From Mytilus trossulus (taxonomy: Eukaryota), in assembly GCF_036588685.1 (NCBI RefSeq), contig NC_086375.1, positions 76,632,001 to 76,696,000 of the forward strand: a stretch of DNA of 64,000 nucleotides, given 5' to 3'. Below the pieces are notes generated by a model, which worked only from the letters and a program-made list of their open reading frames with translations, was not told the DNA's origin and did not search any database. Below are positions 11,293 through 26,200 of this stretch, in pieces (positions within the stretch are counted from its first letter, which is position 1; each line of letters begins with the position of its first letter). The position numbers and the translations under genes were made by a program.

Positions 11293-14200
11293 TCAAGATT
11301 TGACCCCTTTCTTCTCTATAATTTCATCAATGTCTTTGATAGCGCTAGATGTCCTTAATAAAGCTTCTCTCACAGAATTAAAGCCTCTAATTATCTCTAA
11401 TTCTTTAGATGGATCATCTATATGTCCATAATGTTTAGTCTTCAGAATTGATGCTTCGTCACTGTTGAAATGATCACCTCCTTTACTGTATTTTTGACTA
11501 GAATAATTTTGAGTCTTTCCCAAAGCTTCGTGTCCACATTGTTCAAGCTGGTGATTTCCTGCAAAAGGTTCTTGCATTTCTAAAGATCTTGCATGTTTCT
11601 GCTGCTCCATACCAGAGTTTGCCAAAGAATTGTCTGCAAGGTCTTAGAGAGTGAAGGAAAAATTGTAAGTATAAATGCTTAGATATCTTGTCTGTTGAAG
11701 TGGTAGTGTTTGAACTAAATGTTGAAAGTCTTTGATATTAAGCTACCTGTATCAAGATTATTTGATCAAAGAAACATGAAAATGGAGTCAAATTCCATGA
11801 TTTTTTAGATGGGTGACCAATCACCCCACATATTTTTTTTATTTTTTTAATGCAAATCTTACAAGAATTTTACTCAACAAATACAATTGTTATACAACCG
11901 CAAAAATTGAAAAATTTTTGGTTGTATATTGGTATCACGTTGCTGTCATCGTCCGAAGACATTTGGTTTTCGCATTATAACTTTAGTATAAAAAAATAGA
12001 AATCTATGAAATTTAAACACAAGGTTTATGACCATAAAAGGAAGGTTGGGATTGATTTTTTGAGAGTTATGGTCCTAACAGTTTAGGAATTAGGGGCCAA
12101 AAAGGGCCCAAACAAGCATTATTCTTGGTTTTCACACAATAACTTTATTATAAGTGAATAGAAATCTATGAATTTAAACAAACGGTTTATGACCATAAAA
12201 GGAAGTTTGGGATTGATTTTGGGAGTTTTGGTCCCAACATTTTAGGAATAAGGGGCCCAAAGTGTCCAAAATTAAACTTTGTATGATTTCATCAAAAATT
12301 GAAAAATTGGGGTTCTTTGATATGCCGAATGTAACTGTGTATGTAGATTCTTAAGTTTTGGTCCCATTTTCAAATTGGTCTACATTAAGGTCCAAAGGGT
12401 CCAAAATTAAACTAAGTTTGTTTTTAACAAAAATTTAATCCTTGGGGTTCTTTGATATGCTGAATCTAAACATGTACTTAGATTTTTGATTATGGCCCAG
12501 TTTTCAAGTTGGTCCAAATCAGGGTTCAAAATTAAACTTTGTTTGATTTCAACAAAAATTGAATTCTTGGGGTTCTTTAATATGCGGAATCTAAATATGA
12601 TCTTAGATTTTGTATTATGGGCCCAGTTTTCAAGTTGGTCAAAATTGTAGACCAAACTTTTTTTGATTTCAACAAAAAATGAATCCTTGGGGAATTTGAT
12701 ATGCTGAATATAAAAATGTATTTAGATTTTTATAATAGGGCCCAATTTTCAAGTTGGTCCAAATTGGGGTCCAAAATTAAATTTTGATTGATTTCAACAA
12801 AAAATTGTATATATGGGGTTCTTGGATATATGCTTAATCTAACCATGTATTTAGATTTTTGATGTTTTGGCCCAGTTATCAAATTGGTCCACATTGTCCA
12901 AAATTGAACTTTATTTGATTTCATTAAAAATTGTTTTTTTTCTGGCTCTTTGATATGCTGAATCTAACCATGTATTTAGATTTTGGATATTGGACCATAA
13001 TAGGTAATGTCCAATTTAGTTTTTAAGTTTGAGTTCTTATACCACATTCATTATGTGTCAGAAACCTATGTTGTGTCAAATATTTAATCACAATCCAAAT
13101 TCAGAGCTGTATCAAGCTTGAATGTTGTGTCCATACTTGCCCCAATATTCAGGGTTTGAACTCTGCAGTCGTATAAAGCTGCGCCCTGCAGAGCATCTGG
13201 TTTTTTAGATTGAAATTATATCACATTTCTATATATTTGTATTTTAAACCTTACAAGGATTTAAAGCACAGCAGATATAATTGTTATCCCCAACTTTTTA
13301 TATATCTCCAATTACGACTGGCTAATGACACATCATTATAAAAAACAATAGGCCAATGTTGCTAACCCATTATCTGGAAAAATATATACGCCCATTTTCC
13401 CTTGTTCTGGGATTGTTTTTACAAAATAACTGCTTCTGTGTTGTTCATCTATCACAAACATAAAGGATACAATTAAAGCACTTTATTTTCTGTAGTTCCT
13501 TGGTAATCATTCTGAAAAATACACATTGTACAATATAACGTCGATCACACATATGTTGTGTAATATTGTTTTCAATATAAATGCAGCATTCACAGGATCA
13601 TGAGGATAGACACTATTTGAGGTAACTATTTTTTTTTTTATATTGACTGCCAGTTTTGGGATTTAGAAAATAAATAGTTTGGTGTTCTACAAAAAACTAC
13701 AAAAGTGGAACTTGTTTTTTTTCATTGAAGGCTTGTCTGGAAATTACATATTTCCAGTGAAAAAAAGCTTTAGGTGAACTATGAAATATAATTATACTTG
13801 TCCTAGTAACATATTCTCATATTGTAAGAGATTAATAAGAAATGTAAAGAGCTATGAAAATAGTTGTGTGGAGACAATGAATATTAGGGCAGAAATGACT
13901 ACAGATAAGATGTACACAGTTACTGTCTATTTGGACAGACCCTCTACCATGTCTTTATACAGGAGAAGTTACTTACAATGCAGCATCATCTGGCTGGTTC
14001 CAATTCTGATAGAATATCTTTCTCTGTGTAGGGGAGCTGTTTACCCAGGCAGCCCATTCTAAAGCAGCATCAGTATACCTTAAAAGTGTAAAACAAAAAT
14101 CATTAACATAGTTAAAACAGTGTCATTTTCTACTTCGTCATTTCTTTCTTTATCTTTTTTCAGATCACTTCTTTCCATTATCAAAAGAATAAAACAATAA

Positions 14201-17200
14201 TTTCAAAGTTATAAATATATGATTTCTCTGTATATATAAGGCAAATCTGTGTTAGAATTATTTAAACTATTAATTGATAAAGAATGAATCTTCGTTTTCT
14301 TTCCAAATTTTCTGAATCTATATGAAACATTGAACTTTAAAAAGGGAAGGCCCTTTAAAACTCATTCCTTTTACCAACATATTTAAGCTTGCTAACAAAG
14401 CTTAAATTTTGGGATTATAATGCTACTAACTTGCTATAAATTCCTGGCTGTTTACTGTCCACTATCTGGTACTGACCATTGGTCAACAGTAGTTTACATA
14501 ATCCTTGTTTACCTCTACACTCAAGGCTACTCTGCTGTTCAAGCTGTTGTTGTAAAATAGCTTTCTGAAATCAAATAAATATGGGAGTTACATTCCTATC
14601 TTGGAATAAAACTAGAAAATTTAGTTGCTATACTTTAGATCAAGGTTTATTGTTCGATCATTTCTCTGAAAGCAAAGGATAGAAGGATCATTACTTAAAA
14701 TAAGTAGCGAGTATTTTAACAGTGTGCACCACATTTTTTATGTTATTTCGAATTGACAGAAAAAATATTACAGTCATTTCTTTAGAAAACCATGAAAAAC
14801 GTTGATGACGTCACGGTCACATGACTTAATTATGTCTATTGGCTCATAACAAAATAACGTCAGCCAATCAAATTAAGTGTTACATCCAAAATTAAATTAT
14901 TAAAGCATATGTATGACTTTTTGTAATGTAACAAATTGAGATTTTGTGAAATTCACTTAGTTTCAATTTGTGTCTAATAACTAACTTTTAAAACTGACAT
15001 GTAGTTATGTTAGGATTCTATAATATGTCTATTTTATTATTGGTTCAAACACAGTTTAAAAATTGACACTAATAAAACCAATGTTCAAAAGTTGCAATAG
15101 TTGCCTTTTATCAAAGATATTTCATAAGACTACCACAAAATATAAAGACATATCAAGCTTTATAGATATAAGAAGATGTGGCATGAGTGCCAATGAGACA
15201 ACTCTCCATCCAAGTCACAATTTGTAAAAGTAAACCATTATAGGTCAATGTATGGTCTTCAACACAGACTCTTTTATCTTTTTAATTTAATTTTAATTAT
15301 AAGGTATCTTCTTATATAGTTCATATATATGCCTTACTAAATGTAAGTATCAACCTGATGACCTTTAATGTGTCCTAAAAATCAATGGTGATATATTATT
15401 CTAAAGTATAAAAGGATTTTTCTTATGGAAAATTCATATTCAGTTATGATTACATTTTGTAAACATCTAAATTTTGCGTTTTGATGGGTAAAATATAAAT
15501 TTTGATTCTGTGCTGGGCAAAGACTATTTTCAGTTTTAACAGGCCAAAATATATTCATTTTCAAAATTATCCTGCAAACAAATTTGGCCTACCTCTTCAG
15601 CATCACTGCTGTGTTCTATACATCCTATGATTCTTTTTGTGAAGTCACATGACATATCTAATGACGTCCGGTCTTCAAACAATATTCTGACATGTCCATT
15701 GGAGAATGCAGAGAATCGTCCATGACCAGGTACACTAACCTCCTCTAGAAGACTGGATGCTAAAGGTTCCATCAAAATGTTATTCTTATACTGGAAAAAA
15801 AATGACAGTGATTTGAGTGAATCCATAACTAACAATTTCTTATTTATAACATTGGTGGCACGTGGACTGGCTTGATGGATATTAGACAGAATTATAAACT
15901 AGTTATTCCAGGCTATCCAGGGATGATTGTTTTCTATGTGACAATAACAGATGCAAGTTATATGGTATAAACTCACAAGGACCCTTCTGGCCAAGTGAGC
16001 TAAAACATGTACTCAAGAAAAAGCAGTTCTATCTATTTATCGTCCCGTCAAGGAGTGAACTCATTTTTGAGTGTATATACTCCAGCGTGAGAGAACAGCT
16101 AAAAACCTTCAAGTATGTACAATTAAAAAGAGATCTGCATGTCCAGTAAAAATCAGTGCTGTATAAATTTAGATGTGGAGTAGTGTCGACACACTGACAT
16201 TTTGGATGGCGTGTCGAAAATGTTCCACAGACGGGGAAGCTTGGATGTCTGGAGGTATGTTGTTCCAGGTTGTTCCAGTTCCTTCATTTTACAAAATTTT
16301 TCCCAATAGACTTGCTGAAAATTCTCTATCCTTGAATTTAGTAGGGTTTATTCTAAATTGTAGATTTACAACTATGGATTCAATATTATTCATGGATACT
16401 AATTTTCGTGGATTTTGTTAAAGGTGAACCACAAATTTGAATGTTTGACAAAATACAAATTTGCCATAAACTGGCATGCAGACTTCGTCAAACTCAAAAA
16501 ACTGTGGATTCATTTATTATCGTGGGTATCAATTTTCATGGACTAAAGAAATCTTGTATGTTCATGGATATTAAATTTAATATCCAAAAAGATCTAGAGT
16601 CTGTGTATAAGCCTATATAAAATATGTTATTCTTTGAACATTTAATTTCTTGGTTCGCTTGTACCCACGAAATCCTGGAAAATTAGTATATCCACAGTAT
16701 ACAGGAAAATACAATTTTTCCTCAATCGATGAAAATTGGTACCCATGAAATTAATTGAATTCACTTTAATCTGTAACTGACAGTTCCCTAATGTAGTTGT
16801 TATCAGTCTTCCTTTCTGACTTGTCTATGAAACTTAATTTTCAGGTAAATTTGAGTTTTTATTATATACATTCTCTTTGTTATAGGGAAATTATGAGATC
16901 TGTCTAGCATGGATGAATAGTTTTGAGTTTTTAAAAGATACATACTTTCCAACAGCATACACTTTTGTTTGTTAATGTCTTGTCTTCTTGATTAGTCTGT
17001 AGCAAGAACCTACAAAAATATAACACCAATCTTGAAAACATAAAGAAACAAAACATAAAATATGGTAATACTTAAAGTAAAATTTGATCTTAACAGCTGA
17101 AGGCATTTTAGGTCGTCAAGGTAAAGTAAATGAGTAATGTCACAGAATTTTGTTAGAGTTTGCATACAACTTGGAGATGTTGGACTTCTAATAAAGGTTT

Positions 17201-20200
17201 TTTTTTGTGCATGACGTGCCTTTCTATAAATAATGGTTTCTTCTTTCCTACATTAATCTGAGTTTAGCTCAAAGTAGTGCTTTTATTATAATTATTGTAT
17301 GGTTGAAAATACTAAATTATTTAATAAATTTCTGAAGTAATCAATGATAATAAGAAACGTTTACTTTTCTAAAAAAAAAAATAGCTATGTAAATATATTC
17401 TATTAGGAGATTTTTCATCATACTGTCCTAAAGTATATATCTAAAAATATTAATTAACAGATGAATAAATTGGTATTATTTCACACAAGGTCTGAATTAA
17501 TTAAATAGATACAAGAAAATAATTAATCAAAGAGTTTTATAATTTTTCACTGTTCTGTCATATCATTAGTCATCATTTGTTTTAATACTGACCTGCTTGC
17601 TCTCTTTATTAACTTTTCAATACTGTATGGGGCTGATCTTGATGTTGGAGGCAGTGTCTTTATAGAATATGTTCTTTCGTCTATCTGTTTTATAAAATAC
17701 ATGGATAAAAGGGATGATTTTTCATTTCCTATCGTTAATTATCCATTTTTAGATGGTGAAGTTCCCTTGTCACCATCTTACGGTGTTTATATATCTCAAC
17801 TTGTACGATTCGCTTGTGTATGTAACAATGTTTTAGATTTTAATGAGAGAAATTTATGTATTACTGAAAAATTATTACACCAGGGTTTTCGATATCACAA
17901 ACTAGTCAAAACATTTACTAAATTTTATCATCGGTATAAAGACATCATTCGTAAATATAGCTTAACATGCAGACTTCTAATACGTTCAGGTATTTAACAT
18001 CCAATTTTTTATGGAAATATTCTTTATAAAGCACAAAGGTGTCAGTATTAACCTCAGAAACTTACAAAACCTTTGAATAGACTTATTAAGAAGGGATATA
18101 ACTATGATACTGTTGTCAAGTCATTAAAGATTGCATATTTTGGCGTTAATATTGAGTCACTGATAAGGTCTTTGCATCGGAACTAAACACATTTATTCTA
18201 AAAACAGTTGTTGGTATGACACGGGTTATGTTCTTCTCATATATGTTATGATGGTATGATACTAAACCCCTAACGGGAAGGATTGTGCCTGATGTTCATA
18301 TGATGAAATCATAATCTTTGGGTCAGTTTAATTGAAGTCTGGAGCTGGCATATCAGTTAACTGCTAGTAGTCTGTTGTTATTTGTGTATTATTGTCATTT
18401 TGTTTATTTTCTTTGGTTACATCTTCTGACATCAGAACTCGGACTTCTCTAAAACTGAATTTTAATGTGTGTATTGTTATGCGTTTACTTTTCTACATTG
18501 GTTAGAGGTATAGGGGGAGGGTTGAGATCTCACAAACATGTTTAACCCCGCCGCATTTTTGTGCCTGTCCCAAGTCAGGAGCCTCTGGCCTTTGTTAGTC
18601 TTGTATTATTTTAATTTTAGTTTCTTGTGTACAATTTGGAAATTAGTATGGCGTTCATTATCACTGGACTCCTTTATATTTGTTTAGGGGCCAGCTGAAG
18701 GACGCCTCCAGGTGCGGGAATTTCTCGCTACATTGAAGACCTGTTGGTGACCTTCTGCTGTTGTTTTTTATTTGGTCGGGTTGTTGTCTCTTTGACACAT
18801 TCCCCATTTCCATTCTCAATTTTATATATTATGTACAACTTCTCTTTTGCTCTCATATGTAAAGGACAAGTGCAGGGTTAGGATCTCATTTTGGAAAGAA
18901 AAGAAAACCAGATGCGGATTAGATCCATCCAAGAACCTGGTTGGTCCAGTCTTTGGGAACAGCCTGGTAAGAGGCATAGGAGGAGAGATAGTATTCATAA
19001 AACAATGAATAACAGTGTCTGGCATGTCAAAAAATCAAAAATACACCAATCATACACACAAAGAGAGAACTTCTATATGGAAACCCCTTTCAATTTCTGC
19101 TAAAATTATGATGGAAAGACTTGAAGTCCTCCAGAAAGGTAGGTTTGTTTGGCACATCTATTTACTATGCAATCATTGTTGGAAATATTAAAATAAATAT
19201 TATATTAAGATTCACAATTTGTCCACATTCAAATCCTTGTCAAACCCTTTTTTTCATAATTTTCAAAAAAACTAATAGAAATTCAAGCTGTGAAATCGAA
19301 CAATATATGGACCATAATTTGGTATTCGGCCTTTGGTTTCTTTTTGTATCCTTTTTTATAAGTTCTAAAATTTTAACTTTTATTTTGTGGGTTGTGTTGG
19401 TGTTAGAATAGTATGAATGGAACAATTGAGTTTTTCCAGAAAAAATTAATACATTTTGATTCACCGTTTACGTGACATGAAACCAAACAGGAAACCAATC
19501 TTTATTTTCTTTATTTTGCACAATATAATTTAAAAGGCATAAATAAACACCATTACTAGTGTTACTTGCTTCATGTTAATATTTAAAATCTATTTCCAAT
19601 GTTATATTAATTTTTTTTTTAAACCTGACAGGAAACCATAAGAAACCGAAAGCATTTTTTTAGTTTTATTTTATTGCAAAATCTGCTTAAAATAATCTGA
19701 ACAGTATACTTTTTCTTAAAATCCATCTTAAATGAAACAGTATTATAAAACTCCTAAATATGTGCTTGTTTTGAAAACAATTAGTACAATTTATTCAGAA
19801 TTTTCCATATTTTCTTCATTGATACAGGATACCATAATCGTTGTATCTTGATGTTTAAGCCAAAAAAATGTATTTATATTTGGTTTTGATATTCCAGTTA
19901 TATACAATTTATTCCAAATCATTGGCAATGTAACGAACATTCTTTAATGCCCGCGTCACACTGTCCCGATTTTGATATAAGATGGACACCCGAATGCGAA
20001 AAATGTAAGTTTGTACGAAGTTGGTCCCGATTTCGTTAAAATACCAAAAAGTGACCAAACCAAGTACGATGAATAACGAAGTCTATAGGATGGTGCCTAA
20101 ATTAAATACGATAGTAAAAGATGGACATACGCAGGTTATCCGAAGACGGGTATTTAAGCTTCATATCTCAGCCGAAGCCTACACGATAGATCACGAAGGC

Positions 20201-23200
20201 TACACGATGGATTACGAAGGCTACACGATAGATTACGATGATGGCTCGATGGCCATACGATGTCTGAAGTACGTTTTACCTGTTTTGAACTTTTTTATGA
20301 TACGAACAGAATTTCGACAACATATTGTTTCTGTACAATCTGCCATGAATGACGGGAAATCGATTTTTTTTTCTAATTCTTATGCAAACTAGTTTATTAT
20401 CCCCATCGCCTACTACATGTAAGTTGCGTGTAGATAAAATTGTTATGGACACTCTAAAACAAAAATGCTCAAAATTTGGAATGGTGTTACTCGTTAAGAA
20501 TATCTTGAGGGCTATTAAGTTCAAAGGTCAAGGTCACAGTGGCAGTTGTAATACAAGACAATATCACCCTATGGACACTCTAAAACAATATGCTTCAAAA
20601 GATTTTAACCACATTTGGTATATTGTTCCTCCTTGTAATGATCTGACATTTTTACGTTCAAAGCCAAAGGCCAAGGTGATGCAGATGGACTTGTTTTTTC
20701 TCATTGAAATAGCATAATACACAGGAAATTGGTTGCTCAATTTTTTACCTGCTGGTTCAAAAGACAATATTAAAGGTATTTCCAGTTACTGAATGTTTTG
20801 GTTGATTTCTAAAAAAATAGTTTATGAATCAAATATGCATATTCAATTTACCATTTTCTGCATGTGTCATATACACATATTGTGTCCATATTTGTCCCCA
20901 ATATGTTACATACGAGAGGATGCCACGCTCGGCATTGACTGGTTTGAACTGTAAAATGTTTGGACTAGTCTGAATAATCACCCATAATTATGCCCATGTT
21001 TACTGATCCATCTGCAAGGTAAGATAATGGGTTCGTTGATCCCTTTTATTCAAAAAGAGCTCTTTCGAGGAGAAAATCATAATAATATAGACAAAAGGAA
21101 GGATGTGGAGAAAGCAACAAATGCGGCAAAATATGACATATATAGAAAACAAAATGGTTATGGTGTAAACATTTGTGTGACAACTCAGACGATACATAAA
21201 AATATCAGAATAATGAAAAAAAGTTGGTTTCCCTATACATGTATATGTGTACCTGCAGTGTTGGTATACGAAGCGCGTTTAGGATTTTCATTATATGTTA
21301 CTTGATATGAAAAATTGATAAAAAATAATATTTGACTTGATAAAGTAAATCCTGAGCCTGTAATAGCTGCTCTTCTTGTTCCATTTGAATTAATAGAAAC
21401 AACGCTATCGCCTTTTTTGATCTCATAGAATCATATGATATGAGCTCCATGTTTTGTTAACGTCTTTATTAACTGTCGTATTAGACTGACCAGTGCATAT
21501 CGCGCATAGCACTTTAAATGTATTTAAGCGCGAAAATTAACTTACATTTAGCTGGATTTATTGCCGTCGTAGTTCCATCTTGTCGCCTTCGTACTTTTAT
21601 TCAATGGCAACACGACGGATCACGAGGTCTTCACGTAGTCGTGCTGCCATCGTAAGACCTTCGGGTAGCTTTGTGATTCATTCGTGTAGACATCGTAATG
21701 TCAAAACTGCCCGATGGAAACGATGGAAACACGAATGCAATACGATGTTCAAAGATGCATTCCCGGAGACATTACGATGGTGAGGATGGTGATACGAACT
21801 CAATACGAACCTTCAACATCGGACACACCTTCGGGGATTTTTTAACATGTTAAAAAATTTAGAACCCTTCCCGAAGTTGTCCCCGAAGGCTAGAAAAATT
21901 CGCCGATGGTTCTATGATGGTTAAAGATGGCACTACGAATAGCCGATATGGATACGATCAGACTCGATTTTGAAAATTTCCATAACCGTGTTGCCATCGG
22001 CGTAAAAATCGGGACAGTGTGACACGGGCATAAATCCAGTAAAGAAAAAAACTTTTAACTTGGAATTAAAATCTTTAAAATAGGCACAATGTGATACTTG
22101 TGACCTGTACACCATCTACATGGTTTCCACATTTTAACCTACTTCAATAAAGTACTTCCTTTCAAGTCATGCATGGTAAAAGTTTACTTCTCCTTTGACA
22201 AGTTTATTGCGTTTCTGATAAGTGTTTGCAGAACATGAATAAAAAATATTAATTAAAAACTGTGACAAAGATTCCAACTTTGTACATTCCAAGTGTAACA
22301 GTATATATACTTGTATTTTTTATTAAATTATATTTATTCACCTAAAATATCCAGTAATATTTACTGCTGAAGTTAAATCAATCCAACGAGCATTGGTACA
22401 ATGATAAGAGATGTAATTTCGATTGATTTTTCCAAGGACTCTTCACGTCATCATCGGGAAACGAAGTGTGTTCTAACGTCTGTCAAATATGAAATCGATT
22501 TTGTCAAGTCATTGGGCATTTATTTTCACACAGGATCGTATGTAACATTATGCACATAGGAAAAATAACAGACCACCGGCGCAATCTCTTTGACAATTGT
22601 ATTTTCCTCTTTTAAACAAGACGAAACAAGTCTACAGATTATGTTTGCTAACATCCTGTTGGAAACAAAAACAATGTTTAGACTTAGTATTTCGTACATC
22701 CGGCCCTAATGGCGTTATCACATGTTAGTCACATGTTTCACGTATGACCAGAAATGATCAGAACTTAAGGACAAAACAATTTTAATAAATAACTGGACTT
22801 CTGTTTCGTGTGAAATGTAACGCATAACCATAACGTAATTTTCTTACTTAATTATTACGAAGATCAAAACAAGAATGTAAATCATCTCGGATTTACCTGT
22901 GTGAACATCTCGCGAGAGTTCATATTTGCATATTGTTTTTAAGAATTCTATTACAACAAAGCAGATAATATCATCTAAAAATTGCGTTACGAAATCGGAC
23001 ACAAAAATCACGCCACTGTTCTTACATCTGCTACATAAATACTTATAGTTCTCGGCATTTTCTTCTCACTATTCTTATTGGTCGATGTTCTTTGTTATTT
23101 GAAAGCAAAATTTACGAATTTGCCGGTGATGATTATCTATAAATCAGTCAGCGTTATGCTCTTCGGAAGCAAAAAATAACGTGAGAAACGACACAAAAAT

Positions 23201-26200
23201 ATGGTTGTAGAATCTTTGAAATTCGTATATTTTAATTTTTTTTCTAGGGAAGAGTAGCATACACTTGTATGTTGATAAAAATAATGGCATCTTTAGATGT
23301 AGTTACAACTTTTCTTACAGTAATTCACATTTTATCACTTTTCTATAGTTATAGGAAACGGAGCCCAATAGCAAATTATGGTCCATATACTGTTCAATAG
23401 TAAGAGCAAATTAGCCAAAATACTGGCTTTCAAGTTTTCTTCATTTTTTAAAGCATAGCCTGACGGTCTTTTTTTATACATGTAGAACACCATGTGACTT
23501 ACTTACTTGTTCCCCCTTTGGAATTATATGTCTGTAAAAATGTCCACTCAATCCTTGGGAGAGTATAACACTACCATCTCCAGGGTAAATCTCTACAAAT
23601 TTGGTTGAAGCCAATCGAACTATTCTGTAATAAATACAGAAGAGATGCTTTCAATAATGTTATTTTAATTACTGTCACTTACATATGTTACTACTGAAGT
23701 TCAATCATAAATGCATATATAGAAAATAGAAAACCTTAAATGAGTAGCTAGCAAATCTAACCGACATGACAGAGCAAAGTAAGTGAAAGATCTGATTCTA
23801 ATAAAATATTTAGCTCCTTAATAAAGTGTGCATTTTAATATCTTAATATTACTTGATATATATGTACATGTTTTTTTGTTAACTTCAATATCAGTGAGTT
23901 AAATCATTCGTTCCATTTTAGTAAAAGGAATTGGTTTTATAACCAGCAGTGGATTTTGTAAGTAAAATTCACCTGAAAACTATGCCATCAATTAACACAA
24001 CCTTCAGTTTTCCTTTACTTAGAGCAGTAATGTTCTCTATCATATCTCTGTCACTGTCGTGTACATATTTGGTGTACTGCTTGTGTAGATGTTGTCCTGG
24101 GCAAGTGATTGGTAAGGAAACAGGAAGTGGTGCCATGCAGTAGTTCTCTGGAGTTATCATCTTTGGGATACCTCTAGGTCTTTGTGTTATATGAACTGAT
24201 GTTGTTGCTTCAAATTAAATAATGTACAATAAATGAATTTTAAAATAAAGCAAATTTGATATTTAGAGAGTTAATGAGATTATGTCTAAAAACAGATGTT
24301 GTGAATCAATTTCAATTAAATCTTTAGTCATCAAAGACATGAAAGATCATCTGATCTAAAGGTCAACCAGATTTTCATCTGTAAGTACTTTTGAAATAAA
24401 CAAAAAAAAAAGCTTCTTTAATTAATTTATAAGTTTAACAGGACATGTAGTATCATGTTTGAGAAACTGAAGTACATTTTTTTTGTATTTACAAAGTTTT
24501 TTATCACTATAAATAAGACATAAATATCAGAAACCTTTCAAGTAAAGGAAAGTTCTGGCCATTCCAACTGTTTTTAAAATAGAAAATAAAATAAAATGCA
24601 ATGTTCAAAATGATTGAACAGATTTATCATTAAAAATATGATTCTAACTTCAACATATACATAACCTACAAGAGTACTTCTCCAGTTCATCCTTATTATC
24701 TATAACTGCTCTAGCCAAATTCAAAACATGATTCCAAGAAACTGGACACTCTTCACAAGAATAATGCCTTGAAATCCATGTATATAGTATCTGAGAATTT
24801 GATTGGCCATCAATACTTCCTGCTTGACTTGTATCTGATCCACCTGAATCAGTAGATGTCCAATGAACATGTCTTTCATTGATTGGCTGATTAGAATGTT
24901 TCGATTTAGAAGAGAAACTATCTCCCTTTGAATCACAACTCATATTTTTAACTGTTTCTGATTTTATACTTCCAATTTCTGCTTTTGGTGCAAATTGCAA
25001 AAAAGAACCATCTAAGGATTCAAGATTTTCTGTGTGTTTTTGAACAATATTTGTTGGTGTTGAGTATCTATTTATATCTGCGTTGCTATCATTGATAGGA
25101 GATGAGTCTCTACTCATTTGAGTACTAGCTAAACTGATTGGAGATAAATTCAAGTCATTTCTCAACATATCAGCTCTATCAGGACTTCCAGTGCTTTGAA
25201 TCATGCCTTTCTTAGAATGGGTAGTATATTTCATCACCTCTGCCGAATTATGGCATTTATCAGGCTCCAGTTCATACTTTTTTAAACAGTCTATAGATGC
25301 TGGTTTTGTCTGTTGGTGTTTAGTAGTGTGTAACTTTTGCCTTGGTGAATCAGGACTTACACCACATAAATAACACACAGTAAAGTCTTGTTTATGAGGT
25401 GACAACACTATGCTAGCATATTCATCTTCAGATATTAGTCTCACACCTCCATCCATCATGTATTCAAAATTGGAATGTTCTGTGCCTTTTGGCCATGCTA
25501 CATTTGCTATTTTGGCATATAAAGCCTGAAAGAATAAAGATAAAAATGGAGAATGTGTCCATGTGGCACAGATGATGTCGCTGCATACATGACACTATAA
25601 AGGGACATAACTGGAGAATAGTAAAAGTAGTGCCACCCATATTTGAATTTCATCTTGAGTTTAAGGGTAATAAGCATTGCATATTCCTTTCATAACATTT
25701 ATTCAGGCAAACTACAGTTAAAAGAGAATGGAAACAAAGAGTACAGCAATATTTCCATAAAGGGACAGAACTCTAGAAAGGATAAAGCAATGCCACCCAA
25801 ACTTGATCTGTGGTAATAAGCATCATGTGTAGTTTCATAATATTTAGTTGATGCTAACTATTAAAGTTAGAAAAAATGGAAAGTTCAGATAAGAATATGA
25901 TTCTAGCCTAATATAGAGAAACACAAGTGAAACTGCGAGCTACTGCTCACTGATGATACCCCAGCCGCAAGTGGATAATATTAATAGTGTAAAAATATGC
26001 AAGTGTTCGGTAAACAAGAAGTTGTCGAGTGATGAATCTGAAAACGCATCACACGGTATAGCTGACTTATATAAATCCTGAAACCAAATTTCAGAAATCC
26101 TTGTATTGTAGTTCCTTAGAAAAATGTGACTTAAATTTTCAACTTGGCTATCATGTGTAAAATCATACAAGTGTTCGGTTAACAGGAAGTTGTCAAGTGA

